A DNA stretch of 64,000 nucleotides from positions 159,135 to 223,134 of the forward strand of contig CAVRBU010000005.1 in the NCBI GenBank assembly GCA_963719315.1, in the 5' to 3' direction. A program made the translations under genes and the position numbers. The DNA comes from an uncultured Planctomycetota bacterium (GTDB taxonomy: Bacteria > Planctomycetota > Planctomycetia > Pirellulales > Lacipirellulaceae). The notes beneath the pieces were generated by a model, which was not told the origin of the DNA, did not search any database, and saw only the letters and a list, made by a program, of their open reading frames with translations. Numbering within the stretch: position 1 is the stretch's first letter; each line of letters starts with the position of its first letter. Positions 11,464 through 21,379 of this stretch are shown in pieces.

Positions 11464-12600
11464 ATGGCGATATTCGTAACGGCCGAACCGTTTCATCCCG
11501 GCGAGTACCTCAGCGATATGTTGACGGCGCTGAGCTGGACGCATGATGACTTGTCCGCCGTAACTGGAATCAGCCGCCGACAAATAATTAACTTGATCCA
11601 AGGCAAGTCTGGCATCACGCCGGAAACAGCAATCAAGCTTGCTGCTGCGTTTGGCGAAGGCCACGACGCAATGGGGTGGATGAACCTACAGTCTGCGTAT
11701 GAGCTTTCGCTGACCGCGCAAAAGGATCGAGGTATTGAGCGTCGTGCCGCCATCTTCAAGTGGATGCCTGTTCGCGAACTTAAGCGCCGCGGATGGATTA
11801 CTGAGTTGGACAATGTTGCCGCCCTTGAGTCGGACGTTTGCAGGCTTGCGCAGACTCCAGGAGTGAATGAGCCATCACGATTGAGAGTCGTTGCTCGCAA
11901 AAGCACCACATACGAAACAGAAACGGGTACTCAGCTTGCGTGGTATGGTCGCATATACCAACTTGCGCAGGGCGCACCCGCCGCTCGGTATTCTGCGGGC
12001 AACATTGATGCTGGATTGCCGGACCTATTGAAACTGGCGGCGTACCCTGAAGATGCCCGGCGTGTTCCAAAGGTACTAGCAGAAATGGGAATTAGGCTTG
12101 TGCTCGTAGAGCACCTTCGGCACACCAAGGTGGATGGTGCGGCGCTGTGGTTGGACGAAGAGCGCGAATCAAGCCCCGTTATTGGCCTCTCGTTGAGATA
12201 TGACCGGATCGACAATTTCTGGTTCACGCTTCTCCATGAGATCATGCACCTGAAAAACAAAGACGAGCCACACATTGACGAGGACACTCTGTCGATTCAG
12301 AGACGGGACGATCTACCGCCATACGAAATTAGGGCCAATCGCGAGGCGGCGGACAAACTGATTGCACCACAAAAGTTAGAGCAATTCATTGCGACCAATA
12401 AGCCGTTTTATTACGAGGCCAGGATCGTGCAATTTGCACAGCACAAAGGCGTTCACCCAGGAATCGTTGTCGGACAACTGCAAAATCATCCGAAGTCAGG
12501 TTTCGACTTCAAGCAACTGCGAAAGTTGCTCGCCAATGTCCGCGAATTCCTTTTGGGAAATGCTATTACTGATGGCTGGAAATTCAGGCCAAGCAATTGA
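11464..12600 (+). CDS. HigA-type XRE-HTH antitoxin fused to ImmA/IrrE-like metallopeptidase domain
   Basis: PFHPGEYL...ITPETAIKLAAAFG...WMNLQSAYEL; C-terminal LRYDRIDNFWFTLLHEIMH (HExxH). Confidence 0.88.
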   Translation: MAIFVTAEPFHPGEYLSDMLTALSWTHDDLSAVTGISRRQIINLIQGKSGITPETAIKLAAAFGEGHDAMGWMNLQSAYELSLTAQKDRGIERRAAIFKWMPVRELKRRGWITELDNVAALESDVCRLAQTPGVNEPSRLRVVARKSTTYETETGTQLAWYGRIYQLAQGAPAARYSAGNIDAGLPDLLKLAAYPEDARRVPKVLAEMGIRLVLVEHLRHTKVDGAALWLDEERESSPVIGLSLRYDRIDNFWFTLLHEIMHLKNKDEPHIDEDTLSIQRRDDLPPYEIRANREAADKLIAPQKLEQFIATNKPFYYEARIVQFAQHKGVHPGIVVGQLQNHPKSGFDFKQLRKLLANVREFLLGNAITDGWKFRPSN

Positions 12601-12608
12601 GGTTCAAG

Positions 12609-13106
12609 ATGATTGGTGAACTTGCCATTAATTACGGCGAAAGCCTACAGCATTACGCTGATGAATATTTCGAGGAATCCAAAAAGGAGTGCGCGACCGC
12701 TAGAGAAATCGCGGTTTGGTTAATTCAAACCGGCCGATGGGAAGCGCCGCCCGATGTAACGATCCGCCAGTGTCGCGAGGATGTGGCGAGGGCAATGCGC
12801 GAGCAGTATATCAGGGATGATCGCGGCCGGTCTGTTAGAGCGAAACACGTCGCTCGTCTCACGCAGGGCGGGCAGCAAAGGCACATGTGGGCAGATATTC
12901 GGCGAACCAATCGCGAGTTTATGGAAACCGCATTGCAGCAACGCCGGTGCCAGATTGTTGGCGATTGTCGGCAGCTTAAGTTTGACGCCGACTACTACAA
13001 CGATGCGAACCCAGACGAAGAGCCGATCCAGATGTTCTTTGACTTCACAGACGAGTTGGAGCAAGCAGAACTTCCGACTGAATACCCACCCAAAAAACCA
13101 CGTTGA
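12609..13106 (+). CDS. Hypothetical protein, third gene of the cargo operon
   Basis: About 165-aa ORF abutting the HigA-IrrE stop, same strand; exact start uncertain. Confidence 0.75.
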   Translation: MIGELAINYGESLQHYADEYFEESKKECATAREIAVWLIQTGRWEAPPDVTIRQCREDVARAMREQYIRDDRGRSVRAKHVARLTQGGQQRHMWADIRRTNREFMETALQQRRCQIVGDCRQLKFDADYYNDANPDEEPIQMFFDFTDELEQAELPTEYPPKKPR

Positions 13107-13184
13107 AAGGAACAAAGGCGACGACACTCGTTTGGAAACCCCACACTCTCACCGGCGCCCACGTCGAGAATGGAGGTGAGGCAT

Positions 13185-13288
13185 ATGTCGAAGTGTCCCC
13201 CACCGGCACCCAAAAAGCCTGGGCCGAAGACCGTTCCCGTGCGCCGCACAGACGGTCCCCTCCCAGGCCAGCAAAGCCGTGTAAGTAG
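13185..13288 (+). CDS. Possible small Pro/Lys/Arg-rich peptide (apparent 1-nt frameshift)
   Basis: Strong SD GGAGGTGA before ATG 13185; MSKCPPPAPKKPGPKTVPVR then, in a shifted frame, HRRSPPRPAKPCK*. Confidence 0.35.
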
Positions 13289-13359
13289 GCGCATGTCAGC
13301 GCCGGCGAGTGCCTCCGCCCTCCATTATACGACATTCAGTTAAATCGCGCCAATCGAGG

Positions 13360-13613
13360 TCAACTCGCGCTTTCCTTGTCTTTCCATCGCGCCTTTGCGG
13401 CCTTCCGCGCGCTCTCACTCCGCTGTTCTTTCGTGAGCTTCGCCGCGCCGCTTTTCCGCCTTTCAACCCGCCCTTGCGCCCGAGGGCAACGGCGGCCGGA
13501 TTCTTTTTCTTAGGCTTCTCTGGCGGCGCGGCTGCGCCAGTGGCCTGATCGACGATGGCACGGGCAATCTGGTTGAAATCCTTGGCTGGCTTCTTGCGTG
13601 AGCGGTTTGGCAT
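13360..13613 (-). CDS. Small basic protein with KNPAAVALGRKGGLKGGK motif (apparent 1-nt deletion near 13448)
   Basis: MPNRSRKKPAKDFNQIARAIVDQATG...NPAAVALGRKGGLKGGKA; one added base gives RAAKLTKEQRSESARKAAKARWK; TTGCCA-16-TATACT 6 nt before ATG. Confidence 0.8.
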
Positions 13614-13692
13614 GGCTAAAGTATAACCCACCGCCACGGATTGGCAATTAAATTGTTTCGTCCAGTCCACATTTAGCCGATCCTGGAGGTAT

Positions 13693-13890
13693 ATGATGGC
13701 AAAGAAACGAAAAGCCACGCCGCGACGCACGCGACGTATTCGCGATGACGCATCTATTCCAGCCGCCGAGCGCGCCATCGAGAAGACGATGGGGTTTCCA
13801 GAGGGCTCGATCAAGCTGATGTATCCGAGCGGCCGGAAGGCACGAGCCGATTCAAACGTAGAGCATTTCCGAAAGCGGTGGAAAGCTTAG
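13693..13890 (+). CDS. Small basic hypothetical protein
   Basis: SD GGAGG before ATG; 65 aa; stop 2 nt before the right TIR. Confidence 0.7.
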   Translation: MMAKKRKATPRRTRRIRDDASIPAAERAIEKTMGFPEGSIKLMYPSGRKARADSNVEHFRKRWKA

Positions 13891-13909
13891 TTCAAACTGG
13901 CCCACTACC

Positions 13910-14115
13910 CAAAATAAAGAAGCCGCTACCCACGTGGCGGCACCCCATAACAGCCACGCCCTATACACACTTCTTAGTTTGGCAGTTGGATACAAACGAA
14001 CGCATACCGCGGCAGGAAACGCGAACAACGCGATCATAACGCAAAAAGGAAACACTTCGTCCCAGAAGATGAACTCGTCAGCACCAGCAGTCGAAAGTAC
14101 CACGAATTGCCTCAT
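13910..14115 (-). pseudogene. 5' half of the membrane-protein gene interrupted by the transposon
   Basis: MRQFVVLS...hydrophobic segments...WVAASLFW ends at the TSD and continues at 10121. Confidence 0.8.
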
Positions 14116-14823
14116 GTTGTGAGCGAGTTTCTTTATAGCCAAGACAGCTTATTCAACTCAGCTACCAGGCCAATTCAGCCGCCAACATAATGCCAAGAAG
14201 AGTGCGGTCATCGTGCCGCACGTTCCTTGGCGGGAATCCAAAACGCAGCACAAGAAAAGATCGCTCGCATTCGTATAGCGAATTCGCTTGGCTTCACGCT
14301 GATCTTCACGGTAATCCACTCGCAGCACCCTTCCGATGAACCAGCACAACAGCGCAAGAGCGGTCGTTCTGCCACGATCGACGGTCCTGGCGAAAGCGCA
14401 CGTAGGCACCGGGAATTTGCTTGCGAACCGCAGCCGCCCAACGGTCGGCAAGCCCGACGTACTTGCCAATATCGAGATTAGCAAGCGATGGAATCCCCCT
14501 TGGCTGGCCCCGCCAAGTACATGATTACCGGATCGACGCGGGCATTTCGTCGTCCGACATCCCGATCAACTGGCAAACGCCCGGATCCTGCGAGTCTGCC
14601 ATTACTCACTCCCGCTTCGCAAACAACTTCCGGTCATTGCTCCGGGAGTATGTTATAGCGTGGGATTTGCAAATTGGAAGAATCTTCGCTCGAAAATAAC
14701 AATGCCAAACGCAGACGCCTTTTTTTCCGAGAAATGTCCAGTCGTTGACTTCAAATTCGTTTAGCAGTGATAGCATAAAAAAATCGGCAGCGTTCACGAG
14801 GAACGCCGCCGATTGAGTTTCCC

Positions 14824-14885
14824 GTAGCAACAGGCGGCTCGCCTGTTGCGGTTATTCAGGCGGCGACAGGCGAGCCGCCTGTCGC
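14824..14885. repeat. REP-like palindrome doublet (GTAG-type)
   Basis: gtagcaacaggcggctcgcctgttgc ... gcgacaggcgagccgcctgtcgc just downstream of the sigma factor stop. Confidence 0.7.
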
Positions 14886-14895
14886 AGGGTTTGCT

Positions 14896-16563
14896 TCATA
14901 GCGTATCGAGCAGGATTTTTTCCTCTTTCGCCGCTTCGCGCAGCTTCGAGAGAGCCCGCGCTTCGATCTGGCGAATCCGCTCTTTGGTCACGCCCAGTGA
15001 GGCCCCGACTTCCTTAAGAGTCTGAGGCTCCTGCGAATGATCCAGGCCGAACCGCCCGATGATGATCTTCTGCTCTCGCTCGTCGAGCCTGCGTAGAATC
15101 CGTTCGATTTGGGCCTCGCGCGTGTTTTGTGCGCCTTCTTCGACCAGCGGATTGCCGCGGTGTTCCTGCGTCGCCGCGAACAACTCGTCCTGGCTCGTGC
15201 GGAATCGATCGCGATGCTTGAACTCGCCCGGAATCGTCCTTGCGAAATTCTTCATAATCGCCCAGCTCGCATACGTGCTGAACTTGAAGCCGCGGGCGAA
15301 GTCGAATTTTTCGACGGCCCGTAGCAACGACATATTTCCATCGCTCACCAGCTCGAAGAAGTTCTGATCTGGCGTGACGTGCCGCTTCGCGATCGATACG
15401 ACGAGTCGCAAATTGGCCCGCGCGATTTCGTTCTTCGTCGCCACCGCTTGCAGATGCAGCGATTCGATCTCGTCCATCAAGCTGGACTTCGGCTGTGCCG
15501 GGTCGAGCTCTTGGCGAAGTTTGTCGGCTCGATACTTCAAGAAGTTATACTTGCGGAACAAGTGCGCTTCCTGCTCGCGGGTCAGCAGCGGCATTTCATA
15601 CAAGCTAGCCAGGTAGGGCGGCAGGCCCGCCGGGCGGCGCGCCTTTTTGGTCGGCACATCGCTGTCCGGCATCGGCCCCAAGCACGCCTTCTCCGCCCCC
15701 TTGCGGCTGAACCGCGGATTGGGGATGTAATCGAGCGGCAACTCCTTGATCCGGGCGGCCCGAACTTCGTTGATGACGCGATAGATCGTCGTCTTCGTGC
15801 GGCCGAACTGCTTCATCAGCTTGTCGACGGACGTCCCGCGCTTGAAACCCTGGTAAATGCGGGTCTTTTGCAACTCGGTGAGTGGCCCGTTCAAGTCCGG
15901 AAAAATCGCCAGTTCCGGATGCTGCTTGTCGAACTGCCGGATCGTCGAGCGGATCGTCTCCACGCTGCGACCAGCCCGCTTGGCCAGCCGGCGGGAAATC
16001 TCCGATTGGCCGCCCCCGGAACTCGCCAGGCGGCGAGCGCGGTCGATAATCTCTTGTCGCTGCTCTTCGGTGAGTTGGCTAAATCGTGCACCGCGGGCCA
16101 CCCGCTCGTGATTCGACTTCACGAAGCGATCCACGCTGCTGCGCAGAAAGCCCACGCGTTTGCGGCCATCGAACACCAGCCGACGGCTGACCAGCCCCAA
16201 CTCGCGCCACCGCGAAATTGTCTTGGTCGAAACGTTGAATTGTTTGGCGAGCTCCTCGACCGTGAGCACCTGCTCGCCAATATTGTCGGCCGTCATGTCG
16301 GCAGAGTCCGACAGATCTTCGACGAACAGCCGCAGATCGTGGCGCAGATCGTCGCCTGTGATCTTGGCCGAAACCGTTCCGTCCGGCCGATACCCGGTCA
16401 CCCGAAAGCAGACGTAGTCATACGGGTAAGTCTTCTCGCCGTCGATCTCGGCAATGAGTCGCTCGGCAGCTTCGACTTGCTGCAGCTTCTTGCCTCGCGG
16501 CGCAAAACGGATCTGTTGATCTCGAAGTTCACGTAATGCGGGGGTTTGATATTCTCGTTGCAT
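14896..16563 (-). CDS. Sigma-70 family RNA polymerase sigma factor with long HTH-containing N-terminal extension
   Basis: Region 2 ANLRLVVSIAK...AVEKFD..RGFKFSTYASWAI; region 4 TLKEVGASLGVTKERIRQIE; N-terminal HTH-like segments (LTVEELAKQFNVSTKTISRW). Confidence 0.93.
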   Translation of the reverse strand: MQREYQTPALRELRDQQIRFAPRGKKLQQVEAAERLIAEIDGEKTYPYDYVCFRVTGYRPDGTVSAKITGDDLRHDLRLFVEDLSDSADMTADNIGEQVLTVEELAKQFNVSTKTISRWRELGLVSRRLVFDGRKRVGFLRSSVDRFVKSNHERVARGARFSQLTEEQRQEIIDRARRLASSGGGQSEISRRLAKRAGRSVETIRSTIRQFDKQHPELAIFPDLNGPLTELQKTRIYQGFKRGTSVDKLMKQFGRTKTTIYRVINEVRAARIKELPLDYIPNPRFSRKGAEKACLGPMPDSDVPTKKARRPAGLPPYLASLYEMPLLTREQEAHLFRKYNFLKYRADKLRQELDPAQPKSSLMDEIESLHLQAVATKNEIARANLRLVVSIAKRHVTPDQNFFELVSDGNMSLLRAVEKFDFARGFKFSTYASWAIMKNFARTIPGEFKHRDRFRTSQDELFAATQEHRGNPLVEEGAQNTREAQIERILRRLDEREQKIIIGRFGLDHSQEPQTLKEVGASLGVTKERIRQIEARALSKLREAAKEEKILLDTL

Positions 16564-17275
16564 GGTAACACCTCTTTCTTCTGCTACCGTCGCCTCCTAC
16601 GTTCTTGTGGTGTTCCGTGCGATTCCTTCGCCCACAGCCGTGTCATTCAATTACGCACCTCAACTCGGCAAGGTGCGTGATTGTGAGACAAGGCAAATCT
16701 GCCAACTGCAGCTTTCGGTTGTCGATCTATTTGCTTACGTGGTTTACCACTAAGTTTTTGCGATTTTCGAATTCATGTTCTTTCGTCGGTATTGCTGGCG
16801 TGGCAACTCAGGCCGGCCCTTCCTTATGGAGCAATTCCGGTGCCGCTATTCCCAAAGTGACCGGTTTGCTGTCCCAACGCAATTCGCCGCTAGGGGGGAA
16901 TCCTTGGCAAGTCAAGTCGCAGCAACACAATCCAAGCTGTCATGTTGTACGCATTTAAGTCGAAACAGGTCGAGCGAAAGTTCGCGCAATTGGGTAAATT
17001 GGACTGATATCTTCCACGTTGAGAGGTAACTGTATCAGATTCATCCACTTATGGTGTATTGGTTTGCGTCGATTTCTGTGCCTGCGGAGGCCGTGTTGGC
17101 GGTTGACCTTCCAACGATGTGGCGGAAGCAACGAATCTTACCCATCTTTACATTTTGGGGCCCAAGTTACTCAGGCGACTTTTCGGATGGACAGCCGATC
17201 TCTTGTTGGACGATTTAGCCGAAAGCGAGCCTGTGCCTAATTGGCAGGCCGTTGTCCTCCAGCAAGGTTGCAAAT

Positions 17276-18696
17276 ATGTCGTCGCTCCAACATTCTGTTT
17301 TCGTGGGCCTGATCCTACTGCTTACCAGCCGAACCGCTTTCAGTGGCGAACGGATCGATCTTTCGCCTCGCGTCAAAGTGAATTCATTCACACACGTGAC
17401 CATCCAGCTCGAAGCGGGCGGACACAATCTGCTACGTGCCGGAGCCGCAGACGAAGGCTCGAACAACGACAAAGACAAGGCAAAAACAGAGGATCAAAAA
17501 CTCCCCATTAGCGTTGACGCCAAATTGGCTTACGACGAACGACGCCTTGCCGACGCGGCAACGACCACCGAGACCGGCGCACTACTCGCCGCTCGCTACT
17601 ACGACACGGCCGAAGCCGTCATTAAAGTTGGCGATGGCGGCCGCTCGCCAAAACTGCCCGACGACCGTCGCCTGATCGTGCTCGAACATGCCACACAGCG
17701 GCCCGCTTTGTATTGTGCAGACGCGCCCTCTCGCGCGAGGAGCTCGACCTCATCGACGTGGTCGGCGACTCGCTGACCGTCGATCATCTGCTGCCTGCGA
17801 AGCCTGTATCCGAAGGCGATTCCTGGGCCAACGACGCCTCTGTGATGGCGGCCCTGCTCACGCTCGATACGGTCGCGGTGTGCGAAGTGCAGAGCGTGCT
17901 CGACGAATCCAACGCGGATTTCGCCAAAATCCGGCTCGCCGGCGTTGTTCACGGCACGGCCGACGGTGCCGCCACGCAGCAGGAGGTCCGCGGCGTGTAT
18001 CTGTTTGACCGGCGACAACACCGCATCACTCGGCTGAATCTGGCCATTAAGGAGACCCGCTCGATCGGCGGCGCCACGCCCGGTCTGGAAGCGGTGGCCA
18101 AGGTGCAAATCAACATCGCGCCGATTGAAAAGTCCGTCCACCTCGGCGACGAAGCGGTCACCGAGATCAAAGGCCACGACCGCACGCCGGCCCGCGATCT
18201 GTCGTTCGAAGCGCCCACCCTGGGCTTCCGCGTGAAACTCGACCGCCAGTGGTACGTAACGGCCGAGGGCCGCGAATCCGTCACATTACGTCGCGTGGAC
18301 AACGGCGATCTGGCCGCCCAGTGCACGATTACGCTATTACCGTCCAAATCCGAGGGCCGGCAGACTTCGCTCGAGCAATTCCAAAAGGATATCACCTATT
18401 CGCTCGGCAAAAACTTCGGCGAACTAGTCTCGGCCAAACAGTGGCAAAATGCCGCCGGCCTGTATTGCTATGCTGTCGTCGTCCGCGGCCTCGTTGAGGA
18501 ATTGCCCGTCGAGTGGCACTATTACTTGGTCGCCCCGGAAAGCGGGGGCCGCGTATCGGTCGTCGCGACGATCGAGAAGCCGATGCTCGACCGAGTGGCC
18601 AACGCCGATCTCGACCTGGTCGAATCGCTGCAACTGTTCCCTGCTATGCCACCGGCGAAAACGGCCGCGCAACCCACCGTCAAGACCGTGAAGTAG
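17276..18696 (+). CDS. Exported hypothetical protein (apparent frameshift near 17725)
   Basis: Signal-peptide-like N-terminus in ORF 17252-17776; continues in ORF 17713-18696 with native codon style. Confidence 0.7.
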
Positions 18697-18816
18697 TGAA
18701 TTAGGGCGAGCAACGCCCACCACGAAATGCGGTCTCCATAAGCCCGACTCGATTGGAGCCCATCGTTGTACCGCATCGATATCATTGGTCGGCATCGCGC
18801 TCGACATTCAGCTTCG

Positions 18817-18937
18817 GGTAGTGCCCTAATTCGCGGCACAACAACCTGCAGCACGGACTTCAGTCCGTGATTCTCGTACGGGCTGAAGTCCGTGCTGCAT
18901 GTTTCCGGTCCGAACGGAGTCAAATTAGGGCACTACC
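18817..18937. mobile_element. 121-bp MITE with IS1-like ends containing a REP-like hairpin
   Basis: TIRs GGTAGTGCCCTAATT / AATTAGGGCACTACC; 8-bp TSD CAGCTTCG (18809-18816, 18938-18945); internal gcagcacggacttcag...ctgaagtccgtgctgc. Confidence 0.88.
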
Positions 18938-19046
18938 CAGCTTCGGACATCCTGACTTTCGCCCGCTCCTTCCGGTATAATCTTCAAGATACTGCTCGCC
19001 GGGCTGCCAACCGATTTCTTCTGGGCACGAATAACCAGGTTAAGTG

Positions 19047-19730
19047 ATGCAAATCAGAGCGGAAAACGATCCTCGCTACTCGCGCAAATTCCTGATCATG
19101 GGAATTTGCGCCGTGGGCTTCGCCCTTTACTGTCTATACGACGGTCTGGTCGGCTACCCGGCCCGAGAGCTGAAAGGTTTTATCCAGTTCAAAACCGACT
19201 ACGCGAAGGACTTCGCCGATGCCAACCACAAAGAATTGAGTTTGGCTCAATTCGAAGAGAGCGCCGACCAAGATCAACGCCTAAAGTGGGAGCAATACGC
19301 CGAATCAGGCGATATCCCCACCAAGCCAAAGATTGTCACGCAGTTCATCATGGCCACCGTCGCGGCGCTCGCCGGCTTGGCGCTTCTGTCGATTCCGCTC
19401 CGCGCCCGCGGTCGCTGGATTGAAGCCAACGACTCGGGCATTACGTCCAGTTGGGGCGAAAGTTTCCAGTTCGACGAGGTGGAGCTCGTCAACAAGCGCA
19501 ATTGGCGCAAAAAAGGCATCGCCAAAGTTACCTACGTCGCCGGCGGCCGCAGACGCAACTTCGTGATCGACGATTACAAGTTCGACCGCTACCCGACGGA
19601 CGCGATTCTGTACGAACTGGAGCAGCGAATCGACCAGGGACGAATCACCAACGGCCCGCCCGAGCCGCCGCCCGCGGATCACAGCGAGGAAGCCGGCGCC
19701 ATGCAAGTTGCGTCGGAAGATCTAAAGTAA
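19047..19730 (+). CDS. Hypothetical membrane protein (2 TM)
   Basis: 227-aa ORF with two hydrophobic helices; TATAAT upstream near 18976. Confidence 0.8.
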   Translation: MQIRAENDPRYSRKFLIMGICAVGFALYCLYDGLVGYPARELKGFIQFKTDYAKDFADANHKELSLAQFEESADQDQRLKWEQYAESGDIPTKPKIVTQFIMATVAALAGLALLSIPLRARGRWIEANDSGITSSWGESFQFDEVELVNKRNWRKKGIAKVTYVAGGRRRNFVIDDYKFDRYPTDAILYELEQRIDQGRITNGPPEPPPADHSEEAGAMQVASEDLK

Positions 19731-20030
19731 TGGCCAGACTCCCAGGCCCTTTGGCAAACCTTGATAACTGGTTTCTTATCGAGAATTCCGCCACCTCCGG
19801 GCGGCGAGCGGCCGCGGCCAAAAAAAACTCGTTCGGCATTCCTTGTCAAAGCCCTTGGATCGTAGTACGATTGACGCCCGCCGCGGGTAACCTGACTTAA
19901 GATCGGCCTACCCAGGCTCTACTCTGATCGACTCGCTCTGCGACCATTTCGCTTGCGCCAAGGAGTTGCCAATTCATTGCACAACGAGCGCTTTCTTTTT
20001 CTCTTCAACCCACTTAACAAGGTAATCGCC

Positions 20031-20417
20031 ATGCCCCCGTCCACCCCCTACGACGAAATCAAGGCTGCGATCGAAGACGAAACGACTATACCATCCTGGG
20101 CGATCCAGGCGTACTACGACGCCGAAACTGAGTTCCGCACGTTTTTGGCCTATGTACTCGGTAAAAGTCACGCGCATCCGGGCCAGCGCAAATCTGTCTT
20201 GGCGTACCAATATGGCGGGCCGCACACGTCGACGGACGACTCCAAGAAATGGCGGTGCTTCAAAGTAGATTCCTTTAGTTCGCTGTCAAGAATCCCATTT
20301 GTTCCCACCCCGGGACTCACTATTCCACCTCCGCTCACGCCGGAGCAACTGAGCAGGCAGAACTGCGTCGATATTCCAGGTGGCCGCATCGTCCGAAAGG
20401 TGATTTACAAACCGTAG
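20031..20417 (+). CDS. Hypothetical protein (possibly WYL-like fold)
   Basis: YVLG...VLAYQYGG...WRCFKVD pattern resembles WYL domains; not verified. Confidence 0.55.
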   Translation: MPPSTPYDEIKAAIEDETTIPSWAIQAYYDAETEFRTFLAYVLGKSHAHPGQRKSVLAYQYGGPHTSTDDSKKWRCFKVDSFSSLSRIPFVPTPGLTIPPPLTPEQLSRQNCVDIPGGRIVRKVIYKP

Positions 20418-20575
20418 TTCGAGATTCAATCGGAATGACTTTGAACAACGACCAAAAGATTAAGACCTATCCCATTATCTCAGGGAATGCTGCAATTGCA
20501 GTGCTATCAATTGATTCTGGGATAGGCTCAAAGAAATCAATCATCAAAGCATCCTGTTCACGGAGTTTTTATCAA

Positions 20576-21369
20576 ATGAACAGCCAAATGATCGCGGCGT
20601 GGGGTCGCCAAAATAATGCTTCAGCCGCGGCTCTTGCGGCCGCGCGGGCCAGGTTGGCGGAGTCTCACGCTCGCTACGAACGCCGCACGGAGCCGACCAA
20701 AGCCATTTATTACCCTTCCAGAATAGATGGGCGCCTGCCGAACAATGCCTCGACGACATGTGCATTAAGTCGCTGGACGCCATCGTGACGCGGAACCACT
20801 ATGGCAGCATCGTGTTGAATGCCCGTCATGCTCTTTTCATCGATGTGGACATGCCCGAAACGAGCAACCCACCTCGACAGGCCAGCGAGTTCCGCAGTCG
20901 ACAGCCCGGACCATGGCAGACCACGTTCAACGATCTTTGCACGGTGTTGGGGAGCGAGCCAGACACCGGGTTTCGGATATATCGCACGGCCGCGGGCTTC
21001 CGCATTCTCGCGACCACACACGAGTTCGAACCTGGATCGGAATCCGCAAGGGGGCTGATGACTTCCGTAGGCGCGGATGACGCATTCGTTCGCTTGTGTG
21101 GCACTCAGAAAACATTTCGAGCCCGCCTTACGCCCAAACCGTGGCGGTGTGGCGCAACAGAGCCGCCAAACCAGTTCCCGCGCGAGTCGCTCGATGAGCG
21201 GCGGTGCTTCGACGAATGGCTCACACAATACGAGCGCGCCTGCACCCATCGCGCGACATGCCAGTTTCTGGGGCAGATCGGCCCGGCTGAAACACATACG
21301 CACGTTGCCCCCATCATCGAGTTCCACGATCGGCAAACCAAGGCCTTCCAAGCGTTTGAACTAGCGTAA
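20576..21369 (+). CDS. Conserved hypothetical protein, N-terminus frameshifted or degenerate
   Basis: ORF 20758-21369 (RNHYGSIVLN..LFIDVD..FRIYRTAAGFR..FRARLTPKPWR) with a plausible N-terminus in another frame. Confidence 0.55.
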
Positions 21370-21379
21370 TTACACTCCA

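Larger units (their letters stand above)
10130..13909. mobile_element. IS1-like cargo-carrying transposon, 3780 bp
   Basis: Perfect 17-bp TIRs GGTAGTGGGCCAGTTTG (10130-10146) and CAAACTGGCCCACTACC (13893-13909); 8-bp TSD CAAAATAA at 10122-10129 and 13910-13917; DDE transposase inside. Confidence 0.93.

Noticed and set aside
14158..14820. Several overlapping short ORFs next to the transposon target gene
   Set aside because: No recognisable motifs and stops in all plausible frames; may be a decayed gene but cannot be supported
16564..17275. Short ORFs or ncRNA in the divergent region upstream of the sigma factor
   Set aside because: ORFs lack native codon style or motifs and no structured RNA could be identified by eye
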